Positions 17,027-25,439 of a DNA stretch of 61,950 bases are shown in pieces. The notes under the pieces were generated by a model. The model was not told where the DNA came from. It made no database searches and saw only the letters and a program-made list of their open reading frames with translations. The position numbers and the translations under genes are program-made. The stretch spans positions 1 to 61,950 of the forward strand of contig JAHFHG010000007.1 in NCBI GenBank assembly GCA_023247035.1, written 5' to 3'. Positions within the stretch are counted from its first letter, which is position 1; each line of letters starts with the position of its first letter. Source of the stretch: Candidatus Omnitrophota bacterium (lineage in GTDB: Bacteria > Omnitrophota > Omnitrophia > Omnitrophales > Aquincolibacteriaceae).

Positions 17027-18007
17027 CTAAAATTTACTGATTTTTCGAAAAACCGCAAGCCGCTCGCGGAGCATTTTCCAGCTCGTGCGCCTCAAGCTCT
17101 CAAGGCCAAAATCTTCTACGGTAAACGATGCGATAACGCTTCCCCAGGCCACCGCGCGTTTCATATTCAGAAAATCAAGCCGTCCTGTTGAGGCCAAGTA
17201 ACCCACCACGCCGCCCGCAAAACTGTCGCCGGCTCCCGTGGGATCAAACACCGATTCCAGAGGAAACGCCGGAAGCGCGAAAAATTGGGCCCCGTAAAAC
17301 AGCAGGACGCCGTGTTCCCCTTTTTTGATCATCACGTGATCCGGGCCGTAGGTTTTTATTTTTTGCGCGGCGCGGATCAAGTTACTCTCCCCCGTCAACT
17401 CACGGGCCTCGCCTTCATTGATCACGAGACAATCCACGCGCGCCAAAACCCGCAAAAGATCTTCGCGTTGATGGGCGATCCAATAATTCATCGTGTCGCA
17501 AGCGACGAATTTAAGGCGCGGCTTTTCAAGCTGATCCAAAACGCGCAGCTGAAGGGCAGGGTCAATGTTCGCAAGAAAAACGAAATCCGGCTGCTTCTTG
17601 AACTTCAACAAGGGATTAAATTTCGTAAGCACATTGATCTGGGTTTCCAAGGTTTGCGCCGAGTTCAGATCCGAGCTGTACCGGCCGCGCCAGAAAAATG
17701 TTTTCCCTTCGCTCTTGTGAAGATGGCTGAGATCGATCGGGCGCTCCTCAAGAACTTTCCGGTATTCCTGGGGAAAGTCTTCGCCCACCACAGCCACAAG
17801 GGAAACGGGCGTGAAAAAACTTGCAGCGTAAGAAAAGTAAGAGGCCGAGCCGCCGAACACGCGGTCGCGCTTTCCGAACGGAGTTTCGACGGCGTCGATC
17901 GCCACCGTCCCGACCACGGCAAGGGGCGGGCTGGAGATTTTATCCACTAAAGTTTTCGATTTTCTCACGGAGTTTTTGAGCTGCGAGGCAAACATTCTTC
18001 GCTCCAA
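17027..18007 (-). CDS. PfkB/ribokinase-family sugar kinase (substrate unknown; start uncertain)
   Basis: 326-aa ORF with FGGSASYFS and DPTGAGDSFAGG motifs. As drawn it overlaps the thiE 3' end by 68 nt. Alternative GTG starts near 17968 or 17944 would shorten the overlap. Confidence 0.8.
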   Translation of the reverse strand: MERRMFASQLKNSVRKSKTLVDKISSPPLAVVGTVAIDAVETPFGKRDRVFGGSASYFSYAASFFTPVSLVAVVGEDFPQEYRKVLEERPIDLSHLHKSEGKTFFWRGRYSSDLNSAQTLETQINVLTKFNPLLKFKKQPDFVFLANIDPALQLRVLDQLEKPRLKFVACDTMNYWIAHQREDLLRVLARVDCLVINEGEARELTGESNLIRAAQKIKTYGPDHVMIKKGEHGVLLFYGAQFFALPAFPLESVFDPTGAGDSFAGGVVGYLASTGRLDFLNMKRAVAWGSVIASFTVEDFGLESLRRTSWKMLRERLAVFRKISKF

Positions 18008-18593
18008 AAATGGCCCGGACCACGGCGATCCGCCGCGCCCCTGCCGTTAAAACAGAATCTATATTTTTATCGTCAATCCCACCGATCGCGACGAAGGGAA
18101 TCCCGACTTGCCCGGAAGCCTGCCGGATAAACTCCAGCCCCGCGGGACGATAATCGGGTTTGGTCGGAGTCGCGAACACAGGACCGATCCCGATATAATC
18201 CGCGCCTTCTTTGACGGCGGCGAGCGCCTGGCTGAGCCTGTGGGTCGACTTCCCAATCCAAAGCCGGACGCCTGATCGCGCGGCGAGTTTGCGGACGGCG
18301 CTAACGCCCAAATCTTCCTGGCCCAGGTGGATTCCATCGGCGGAAAGTAAAATTGCAAGATCCGGCCGGTCATTGACAAAAAAAAGTTTCCGGTAGTGAC
18401 CTGCCATCTTCCCGATCTTCAGCCCCAATTCATAAAGCGATTGATCCGGGAGTGTTTTAGAGCGCAACTGAATCATGTCGATCCCGCCGCGGCAGGCGTC
18501 TTCAATTTTTTTCAGGGCATCACGGCTTTCGGATTGAATATCCGTGACCGCGTAAAGTTTAAAATCCTCGAATACTTTTTTTTTCCAGTTCAT
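17940..18593 (-). CDS. thiE: Thiamine-phosphate synthase
   Basis: Start set at ATG 18593 (MNWKKKVFEDFKLYAVTD). Has IQLRSK, GPVFATPTK and VAIGGI motifs. Confidence 0.88.
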   Translation of the reverse strand: MNWKKKVFEDFKLYAVTDIQSESRDALKKIEDACRGGIDMIQLRSKTLPDQSLYELGLKIGKMAGHYRKLFFVNDRPDLAILLSADGIHLGQEDLGVSAVRKLAARSGVRLWIGKSTHRLSQALAAVKEGADYIGIGPVFATPTKPDYRPAGLEFIRQASGQVGIPFVAIGGIDDKNIDSVLTAGARRIAVVRAIFGAKNVCLAAQKLREKIENFSG

Positions 18594-19008
18594 AAAGATC
18601 AAACCTTAATTTCGCAAAGCCGCGGGCCGCCGAAGGGTAGAGCGCCTTGCTGATTTCCTCCAAAACGCGCAGGGCTTCCTGGGCGCGCTTTTGATTGGCG
18701 GTCATGAGATCCTGCCATTTCGGCTTTGCGGCGTCTTGAATCAAGTGATGCCTTCCCACATCGCGCGAAGAATCCCGCGCTGCGAGCAAATCCGCATAGG
18801 AAGCCGGAAAATCCAGAAGGGCTCGAGTCAATTTGTGGCGCAGCCTTTTATAATCCGCCGCCCGCGGCGCGCGATTCATCAAAAACCGGCTGATATCTTC
18901 GCACACCCGGAGCGCTTCTTTCGCCCGGTTGTAATTCGCGTCAAGGATCCTGTGAAAGGCCCGTAAGATGGACCGCGGCTTCCGCCCGGCCCTGGATTTA
19001 TTTTTCAT
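18559..19008 (-). CDS. Helical two-repeat protein of the type often found fused to the N-terminus of ThiE (ThiD2-like, from memory)
   Basis: 149 aa with an internal duplication (ANYNRAKEALRVCEDISRFL and ANQKRAQEALRVLEEISKAL). ATGA overlap with the hldC stop. Its 3' end overlaps the thiE start across an A9 tract. Confidence 0.5.
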   Translation of the reverse strand: MKNKSRAGRKPRSILRAFHRILDANYNRAKEALRVCEDISRFLMNRAPRAADYKRLRHKLTRALLDFPASYADLLAARDSSRDVGRHHLIQDAAKPKWQDLMTANQKRAQEALRVLEEISKALYPSAARGFAKLRFDLYELEKKSIRGF

Positions 19009-19475
19009 CCTTTCATCTTTTCAATGATGCCCGTCGTGGAGCGGCCGCGGACGAGGGGGATTAATTTGACTTTTCCTCCCCACGCTTCGACTTCTTCAGC
19101 GCCCGCGATTTTATCCTTTTTCCAATCCGATCCTTTCACTAAAACGTGAGGCTTGATCTGAAGGATCAAACGAATGGGCGTGGGCTCGCGGAAAAGAACC
19201 ACATAATCGACGCATTCCAAGGCGGCCAGCACCTGCATCCTGTCCCTTTCGGGATTGATCGGCCGCTCCGGCCCTTTATAACTTTTCACCGAAGAATCGC
19301 TATTGACCCCGACGATCAAAACATCTCCCCGCTTTTTTGCTTTTTGAAGGTACGTGACGTGGCCGAGGTGAAGCAGGTCGAAGGCGCCGTTGGTGAAGAC
19401 AATTTTTTGATGCCCTGCCTTCAGACGTTCAGTAAGAGATTTCAACCGCGGGAAGCTGACGATTTTCGATCGCAT
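19005..19475 (-). CDS. hldC: D-glycero-beta-D-manno-heptose 1-phosphate adenylyltransferase (RfaE domain II type)
   Basis: 156 aa with IVFTNGAFDLLHLGHVTYL (HxGH), VGVNSDSSV and LVKGSDW. This is the cytidylyltransferase fold typical of RfaE-II. Confidence 0.85.
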   Translation of the reverse strand: MRSKIVSFPRLKSLTERLKAGHQKIVFTNGAFDLLHLGHVTYLQKAKKRGDVLIVGVNSDSSVKSYKGPERPINPERDRMQVLAALECVDYVVLFREPTPIRLILQIKPHVLVKGSDWKKDKIAGAEEVEAWGGKVKLIPLVRGRSTTGIIEKMKG

Positions 19476-19486
19476 GAACTTAGGAA

Positions 19487-20065
19487 TCAGCCGCCGAAAA
19501 GAACGTTCTCAACCGCTTCGGAGATCGCGTGAAGGGCCGTGATATGCATTTCTTGGATATGAGGGGTTTTTTGGGTTTTTGCGCGGAAACACATATCGGC
19601 CAGACGCTTGAGTTCCCCGCCGTCCGCGCCCGTAAAACCAGCGCTCACAATCTCCTGAGCTTTAGCCTGCTGAACCGCCCGGAGGATATTTTTTGAATTC
19701 CCGCTTGTCGAAAGGGCAATGAGAATGTCGCCTTTCCGGCCCAGCCCTTCGATTTGGCGTGAAAAAATTTGATCGTAGCTGTAATCATTCGCCACGGCCG
19801 TAAGAATGGAAGTGTCCGTGGTCAGGGCAATCGCCGGCAGGCTTTTGCGCTCTTTTTTAAAACGGCCGATGAACTCCGCGGCAATGTGCTGGGAATCGGC
19901 CGCGCTGCCGCCGTTGCCGCAAAGCAAAATCTTCCCGCCGGTTTTCAAACTTTTCAGGATCTCGCGGGTGATAAGCTCAAGCGCTTCGAGGGAGTCTTGA
20001 TCAAAACTTTTTTCAACCGCGGTCCGGTGCTCGTTTAGAATCTGCTGAAGGTTTTCGCGGATCAT
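19487..20065 (-). CDS. gmhA: Phosphoheptose isomerase (SIS domain)
   Basis: 192 aa with LLCGNGGSAADSQH and ALSTSGNS motifs. Confidence 0.88.
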   Translation of the reverse strand: MIRENLQQILNEHRTAVEKSFDQDSLEALELITREILKSLKTGGKILLCGNGGSAADSQHIAAEFIGRFKKERKSLPAIALTTDTSILTAVANDYSYDQIFSRQIEGLGRKGDILIALSTSGNSKNILRAVQQAKAQEIVSAGFTGADGGELKRLADMCFRAKTQKTPHIQEMHITALHAISEAVENVLFGG

Positions 20066-20068
20066 AAG

Positions 20069-21145
20069 CTAACCGAAAAAGATTTCAGCCATTTCATAGT
20101 ATTGGGCCGGTACGGTCTTCAACTGCCCGACCGCTTCTTCAATCCGAACCGCTACAATATTGCGCCCCTGAAGGCTGACCATATACCCGAACTTTCCCTC
20201 TTTGACGAGCTCAAAGGCCTTCACCCCGAAGCGCGTTCCGAGGATCCTATCAAAAGCCGTAGGCGATCCGCCTCTTTGGATGTGCCCTAGGACCGTAACA
20301 CGCGTTTCAAATCCTGTTTTCTTCTCAATCAAATCTCCGATCACCTGCCCTACGCCCCCGAGACGGACGTGGCCGAACTGATCCAATTTTTGATCCGCAA
20401 TAACCTCTTGGTCCTTGAGCACCGCGCCTTCCGCAACGGCCACAATGCTGAAGGTCTTTCCCCGCGCGTGACGCTTCTTGATGAGTTTGCAAACCTTCTC
20501 AATATCCACGGGAGATTCGGGGATTAAAATCACGTCGGCCCCGCCCGCGAGCCCGGACTCAAGCGCAATCCAGCCCGCGTGCCGGCCCATGATTTCGACA
20601 ACCATCACGCGGTTGTGGGATTCCGCGGTCGTGTGCAGGCGGTCAATACATTCCATCGCGATATTGACGGCCGTGTCGTAGCCGAAGGTGTAATCGGTTG
20701 CGTTCAGGTCGTTATCAATCGTCTTCGGCACGCCCACCACTTTAACGCCTTCCTTCACAAGCTTGTTGGCCGCGCCGAGCGTATCTTCCCCGCCGACCGC
20801 AATCAAGGAATGCAGTTGGAGATTTCGAAGGGTATTTTTCAGCTTATCGAGATCTCCAGATTTTTTGAATGGATTAGTCCGTGAAGTGCCTAAAATCGTT
20901 CCCCCCTTGGGCAGAATCCCGGAAACGGAATTATCATCCAAAGGCGTAAAATCCCCTTCCACAACGCCTTTCCATCCGTTGCGGAAACCCAGGACTTCCC
21001 AGCCGTCGACCGCAGCCCGCTTCACCACGGCCCTGATGACGGGATTAAGGCCCGGACAATCCCCGCCGCCCGTTAAAATTCCTATACGCTGTCTCAATTC
21101 AACTCCTCCTTTCAATCGAACGCTGCCGATTTTTTGACGGCGCAA
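20069..21145 (-). CDS. pfk: 6-phosphofructokinase (ATP/PPi specificity unresolved)
   Basis: 358 aa with GILTGGGDCPGLN, VGGEDTL, VPKTIDNDL and MGRHAGW motifs. Confidence 0.9.
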   Translation of the reverse strand: MRRQKIGSVRLKGGVELRQRIGILTGGGDCPGLNPVIRAVVKRAAVDGWEVLGFRNGWKGVVEGDFTPLDDNSVSGILPKGGTILGTSRTNPFKKSGDLDKLKNTLRNLQLHSLIAVGGEDTLGAANKLVKEGVKVVGVPKTIDNDLNATDYTFGYDTAVNIAMECIDRLHTTAESHNRVMVVEIMGRHAGWIALESGLAGGADVILIPESPVDIEKVCKLIKKRHARGKTFSIVAVAEGAVLKDQEVIADQKLDQFGHVRLGGVGQVIGDLIEKKTGFETRVTVLGHIQRGGSPTAFDRILGTRFGVKAFELVKEGKFGYMVSLQGRNIVAVRIEEAVGQLKTVPAQYYEMAEIFFG

Positions 21146-21154
21146 AAAATCCTT

Positions 21155-21730
21155 TTAAAAAGAAGCTGCCGCCTCGCGCTCCAGATCATGAACCCTCGAA
21201 TCATGTTCTTCAATACGCTGAACGTTACAGGTAATCTCGATCTGGCTTTCCTTGGCAAGCATCTTTTTCAAACGCGAGCGGATCTCCTGCTGGATTTCCG
21301 TCAGCAGCTCCTGAATTTTACTGCCCGACCACAAAATGAGCTGCAGCTTAATTTCCACATCCTTGCCCTGAATCATCGTCTTGGTCTTCCATTCCTTGAC
21401 CAAATGAAAACGTTTCATCACCTTTTTCACCACATCGTCAAGGGCCGTTACGGAAACGATAATCGGCCCGATTTCGCTTTGAAAAATTAAAGCCTCCGCC
21501 TCGCGCCGCTTCTTGACCAGGATCCGGGAGAACGTAAGGCCGACGGCGATAAAGATAATCCCCGCGCAGCCCGCTTGGAGGGAATGCCAGGGGCTAGCGT
21601 AAAGCTCCCTGAGCTGGGCAAGGGCGTCTTCGACCGAAAGGATATGGATGGAAATAATCACTAAAAGGCTTCCGATCGTCAAGAATGCAAAGATGGCAAA
21701 AATATGGGCGAAAACGTTAAAGACTTTCAT
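21155..21730 (-). CDS. Membrane-anchored Asp23/AmaP-like protein
   Basis: 191 aa. Two N-terminal TM helices are followed by an Asp23-like pattern (GPIIVSVTALDDVVKKV...VEIKLQLILWSGSKIQELLTEIQQEIRSRLKKML...IEITCNVQRI). Confidence 0.5.
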   Translation of the reverse strand: MKVFNVFAHIFAIFAFLTIGSLLVIISIHILSVEDALAQLRELYASPWHSLQAGCAGIIFIAVGLTFSRILVKKRREAEALIFQSEIGPIIVSVTALDDVVKKVMKRFHLVKEWKTKTMIQGKDVEIKLQLILWSGSKIQELLTEIQQEIRSRLKKMLAKESQIEITCNVQRIEEHDSRVHDLEREAAASF

Positions 21731-21733
21731 GAA

Positions 21734-23110
21734 TTATCCGGCTTTTTCTTCGAGGGGCTCTATTTTACCTTGCAGGAAGTGAGTATCAATGAAATTCGTT
21801 GAAACCGCCCCTTGGCGAAATCTCGGGCGGTTCAAAATTTTTTCGTGAAGGGAAATGGTCGTTTTGATCGGCTCGATCAAGGTCTCCTTCAGGGCGCGGA
21901 GCATCACGGCGATCGTTTCGGAGCGGTCCTTGCCGCAGGCGATCAGCTTGGCAATCATCGAATCATAATAAGGAGGGATTCGATAGCCCGCATACCCGTG
22001 GCTGTCGACGCGAATGCTTCGTCCTCCCGGCATCACCCACGTTTCAATTTTTCCGGGCGAAGGCAGAAATTGATTGTCGGGATCTTCGGCGTTGATCCGG
22101 CATTCCATTGCGTGGCCGCGAAACTCGACTTTATCCTGGGTCAAAGTCAGTTTTTCCCCCAGCGCAATGAGGATCTGCTCCTTCACGATATCAATTCCCG
22201 TGACCATTTCCGTGACCGGATGCTCGACTTGAAGCCGGGTATTCATTTCCATAAAGTAAAAATTTTCATCTTCGTCGACCAAAAATTCAATCGTTCCCGC
22301 ATTTTCATATTTCAACGCGCGCGCGGCCCGGACGGCGGTCTCCCCCATCTTCCGCCGCAGCCTAGAATTAAAGTTTGGGGCCGGCGATTCTTCAATCAGT
22401 TTTTGGTGCCGGCGCTGGACCGAACAATCGCGCTCGCCCAGATGAATGATATTCCCCCGGCTGTCGGCGATAATTTGGATTTCGATGTGCCGCGGTTCTT
22501 TAAGGTATTTTTCAATGTAGACTTCGCGATTGCCGAAAGCCGCTTCAGCCTCGGCTTGCGCGGTGAGGAACGCGCTGATGAGTTTGCCGTCATTGTGCGC
22601 GACTTTGATCCCTTTTCCGCCGCCCCCGGCCGCTGCCTTAACGGCCACGGGATATCCGAATTTTTTCGCGATCCTCAAAGCCTCTTCCTGATTTTTAATC
22701 ACGCCCTTGCTTCCCGGGATCACTGGAATCCCCACCTTCTGCATTTCCTGGCGCGCAATCGCCTTGTCTCCCGCAAGGCGGATACTTTCAGGCTTCGGGC
22801 CGATGAATTTGATCTGGCAGGATTCGCAGATCTCGGCGAAATGGGCGTTCTCGGCAAGAAATCCGTAGCCCGGATGAATGGCTTCGACGTCGGCGATTTC
22901 GGCGGCCGAAATAAGGGCGGGAATGTTCAAATAACTTTCCGAAGAAGGGGCTTCGCCGATACAAATGGCGTCGTCGGCTAATTTGACCGGCAGGGAATCC
23001 CGGTCGGCTTTGGAAAACACCACGATCGACTGTATTCCCAGCTCCCGGCAAGCGCGGATGATCCGGACCGCCACTTCACCGCGATTCGCAATTAAAATTT
23101 TTGAAAACAT
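21734..23110 (-). CDS. accC: Acetyl-CoA carboxylase, biotin carboxylase subunit
   Basis: 458 aa. [21 protein letters not shown] start, ATP-grasp blocks and [14 protein letters not shown]. Confidence 0.95.
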   Translation of the reverse strand: MFSKILIANRGEVAVRIIRACRELGIQSIVVFSKADRDSLPVKLADDAICIGEAPSSESYLNIPALISAAEIADVEAIHPGYGFLAENAHFAEICESCQIKFIGPKPESIRLAGDKAIARQEMQKVGIPVIPGSKGVIKNQEEALRIAKKFGYPVAVKAAAGGGGKGIKVAHNDGKLISAFLTAQAEAEAAFGNREVYIEKYLKEPRHIEIQIIADSRGNIIHLGERDCSVQRRHQKLIEESPAPNFNSRLRRKMGETAVRAARALKYENAGTIEFLVDEDENFYFMEMNTRLQVEHPVTEMVTGIDIVKEQILIALGEKLTLTQDKVEFRGHAMECRINAEDPDNQFLPSPGKIETWVMPGGRSIRVDSHGYAGYRIPPYYDSMIAKLIACGKDRSETIAVMLRALKETLIEPIKTTISLHEKILNRPRFRQGAVSTNFIDTHFLQGKIEPLEEKAG

Positions 23111-23157
23111 ACCGTGTCCCTCGAATGATTTAAGGTTAAAACTATTTCTAGGGGGTT

Positions 23158-23199
23158 CGACGAGATTGAAATCGTCTCTCGTGATAATTTCAATCGTCG
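23158..23199. repeat. Extended inverted repeat / RNA hairpin in the accB-accC spacer
   Basis: GATTGAAAT (23164-23172) and ATTTCAATC (23187-23195) are perfect 9-bp arms with a 14-nt loop. An alternative register with a GA bulge pairs CGACGA with TCGTCG outside them. Confidence 0.7.
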
Positions 23200-23266
23200 C
23201 TCACCACAGCGCTGAACTTCCCCATTAAATAAATCGTGTCGGAGGACTTGGGGCAAAGCCCCGGGA

Positions 23267-23713
23267 TTAATCTTTCTCAATTTTCATCAGCGGGTGGTCG
23301 AATTCGACGGGCTGGCCGTTTTTAACCAGGATCTCCGTAACCGTTCCGCTGACTTCAGATTTGATCTCATTCATGAGCTTCATCGCTTCGACAATGCAAA
23401 GGATGTCTCCCGGCTTGACTTTCTTTCCGGCTGAAACATAAACGGGCTGGTCAGGGTTCGGCGCGATATAAAAGGTTCCGACCATTGGGGATTTCAAAAC
23501 AAATGTGGACGCTGATTCGGCGGCTGCATTTTTTTCCGCCGAAGGCATTGGAATCACTGCAACGGGCCCGGCTTGCGAGATCTCGTCGGTGACGATTTTC
23601 CCACTCGGCCCTTTTTTTAATCTGATTTTCATGCCGTCCTTTTCAACTTCAATTTCCGTAAGCCCGTGCTCCGCCATTAAATTTAAAATTTCTTTGATTT
23701 CTTTAATGTTCAT
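23267..23713 (-). CDS. accB: Biotin carboxyl carrier protein
   Basis: 148 aa with the biotinyl-lysine motif [12 protein letters not shown]. Confidence 0.92.
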   Translation of the reverse strand: MNIKEIKEILNLMAEHGLTEIEVEKDGMKIRLKKGPSGKIVTDEISQAGPVAVIPMPSAEKNAAAESASTFVLKSPMVGTFYIAPNPDQPVYVSAGKKVKPGDILCIVEAMKLMNEIKSEVSGTVTEILVKNGQPVEFDHPLMKIEKD

Positions 23714-23739
23714 AAAAATCGGCTCCTCGGGTTCGGGCT

Positions 23740-23768
23740 ATTAAACCGGAAACGGCTTAACCTGTCAA
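23740..23768 (-). promoter_or_regulatory. Candidate sigma70 promoter for accB
   Basis: Minus strand has TTGACA (23768-23763), a 17-nt spacer, then TTTAAT (23745-23740). GAGGAG Shine-Dalgarno lies before ATG 23713. Confidence 0.45.
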
Positions 23769-23791
23769 TGGCGGCTGTCATGATCCCAATT

Positions 23792-24295
23792 TTATCGAGG
23801 GAAAGACGCGTTGATGGAGTGGACTAAGGCTTGAAGGCCTAAAATATAACTTAGCTTCCCAAAACCTGAAACTTGCCCCACACAGACAGGGGCGGTTACC
23901 GAATGATGCCGGAATTCCTCCCGTCGATAAATATTGGAGAGATGAACCTCGACCGCGGGAAGGGCCGAAGCGGCAATCGCGTCGCGTATCACCACGCTTG
24001 TATGCGTGTAGGCGGCCGGATTAATAAGGATACCCTGAAACCGGCTTCCGGCCTTGCCAATCAAATCGACAATCTCTCCCTCGTGATTCGACTGTAAAAT
24101 TTCAATTTGGATATTCAGGTTCTTGGCTTCCTGTGCAAGCGCTTGATTAATCTCACCCATTGTCGTGCGGCCATAAACACTCACTTCCCTTGCGCCGAGC
24201 AAATTAAGGTTGGGGCCGTGCAGGGCTAGAATCTTCCGCTTGGAGTTCCTTTTTTGAAGGGAAGATGCCTTAGCTTTTCGGGCTTTCGTCTTCAA
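23792..24295 (-). CDS. aroQ: 3-dehydroquinate dehydratase, type II
   Basis: 167 aa with a TTG start preceded by GAGGAGG. Core motifs [21 protein letters not shown] and [15 protein letters not shown]. Confidence 0.9.
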   Translation of the reverse strand: MKTKARKAKASSLQKRNSKRKILALHGPNLNLLGAREVSVYGRTTMGEINQALAQEAKNLNIQIEILQSNHEGEIVDLIGKAGSRFQGILINPAAYTHTSVVIRDAIAASALPAVEVHLSNIYRREEFRHHSVTAPVCVGQVSGFGKLSYILGLQALVHSINASFPR

Positions 24296-24459
24296 TTTTT
24301 CTTAGCCTCCTCAATCAGCATTATGGGGATGCCGTCTTGAATGGGAAAACACAGGCCGCAGGCCGGATTTGTGCAGATAATCTTATCGGCCTCCAGCTTC
24401 ACCTCCGCGCGGCAAGCCGGGCAAGCCAAAATTTCCAACAGGTCTTTATCCAGAGCCAT
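24292..24459 (-). CDS. Trm112/YcaR-family small zinc-ribbon-like protein (UPF0434)
   Basis: Below the ORF-track size cut-off. The 55-aa product is [55 protein letters not shown]. It follows the E. coli YcaR pattern (LLEI.ACP.C ... FP..DGIP.ML). TAATG junction upstream and TTGA junction downstream. Confidence 0.85.
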   Translation of the reverse strand: MALDKDLLEILACPACRAEVKLEADKIICTNPACGLCFPIQDGIPIMLIEEAKKN

Positions 24460-25439
24460 TATTCGAGGACCTCCATTTCATGAATCATTTTAGATTTTAA
24501 TCCCCCGCGGAGGCAAAAGATAATGCCCGCGATCAGGCTGCATCCATAAATGGCGCAGTCCACCAGAAGGGATAAGGCAAAAGCGCGTTCGCTGGTGAGA
24601 AACCGCTGAAAGGCGAACATAAGCCCCGCTTCACGAACCCCGAGACCTCCGAAGGAAGGCGCCATACTTGCAAGCGTGATCACCGGAACAAGAACAAAAA
24701 AGATCTGCGGGCTTAACTGAACACCGAGGCTTAAGGTCATCCAGTAATAGACGAGTATAAAAAAGGCCTGCCCTATAAACGAAAGGAAAATGCCGAACGC
24801 CACCGCTTTTAAATGATGCCGGTACGCATGAAGGCTGTGGTACAAGGTTGAAAGCTTTTGGCGCCAATGAAAGGAGGGAATCAGCACGGACAGCGATTTG
24901 AACGAACGCGCGAATCCCTTATTTCCCAAAAAGAGCAGCGCAAGGATCAAGATGGCGACTCCTAGATAAACAATATATTGGATGCTGTGATCCGCGATCT
25001 GATCCCGGAATAATAAAATACCTCCTACCGCCATACTCATCAGGGCAATAAATCCCATCAATCGGTCGGCGATGACCGAAGTCGTCGATTCGAGTTTTTT
25101 ACCGGAGCGTTTGTAGACCAAATAACCCTTTGCCACGTCGCCTCCCACAGCTGACGGAAAAAGGACGTTAAAAAAAAGCCCGACAAAAACTAGATAGAAC
25201 ACTTCTCCGAATTTCATGCGTATTTCATGCACCTGAAGAATATTAAAAAACCGGAGGGCCAAAACAATCTGGGCCGTCAGGTAGGTCAATAGTCCTAAGG
25301 CAAACCAGTTGAAGATGACCTCCGAGCGGAGAATGGCAAGGGATTCAAAAAATTTTCCCCGGATTGAAAAAAACACAACGGCCAGCGCGGCGAGGCTGAC
25401 GATAATTCTCAACCCCGCGCCGCGGATTCCAGGTTTCAT
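24459..25439 (-). CDS. UPF0104 / lysylphosphatidylglycerol-synthase-TM-region-like (flippase-like) membrane protein
   Basis: 326 aa, polytopic, with FPSAVGGDVAKGY and FGGLGVREAG blocks typical of the family. Confidence 0.7.
   Translation of the reverse strand: MKPGIRGAGLRIIVSLAALAVVFFSIRGKFFESLAILRSEVIFNWFALGLLTYLTAQIVLALRFFNILQVHEIRMKFGEVFYLVFVGLFFNVLFPSAVGGDVAKGYLVYKRSGKKLESTTSVIADRLMGFIALMSMAVGGILLFRDQIADHSIQYIVYLGVAILILALLFLGNKGFARSFKSLSVLIPSFHWRQKLSTLYHSLHAYRHHLKAVAFGIFLSFIGQAFFILVYYWMTLSLGVQLSPQIFFVLVPVITLASMAPSFGGLGVREAGLMFAFQRFLTSERAFALSLLVDCAIYGCSLIAGIIFCLRGGLKSKMIHEMEVLE

Noticed and set aside
19476-19486. I looked for a TPP riboswitch upstream of the thi genes, and for T-box or leader-peptide attenuators upstream of trpE, hisD and alaS.
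   Set aside because: The relevant junctions are overlaps or at most 11 nt, so there is no room for such elements.
21812-22981. Very long antisense ORFs opposite real genes. Examples are 389 aa opposite accC, 17285..17950 opposite pfkB, 46775..47494 opposite smc, 60693..61328 opposite pgk, 39445..40011 opposite hisD, 37367..37936 opposite hisA, 57655..58221 opposite recG and 28504..29049 opposite the response regulator.
   Set aside because: For the accC case I checked that the antisense frame is codon-aligned with the sense gene. Its stop codons would then correspond to sense TTA, CTA and TCA codons, which this genome rarely uses. The products are Arg/Gly/Phe-rich low-complexity sequences with no recognisable motifs. 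I treat them as codon-usage artefacts rather than overlapping genes.
23236-23248. The 13-mer GTGTCGGAGGACT occurs both just downstream of accB (23236-23248) and across the recA stop (43625-43637). I considered it as a possible shared regulatory or repeat element.
   Set aside because: In a 62-kb sequence roughly (62000^2/2)/4^13, or a few tens, of exact 13-mer coincidences are expected by chance. The flanking sequences do not align, so there is no evidence for a repeat family.
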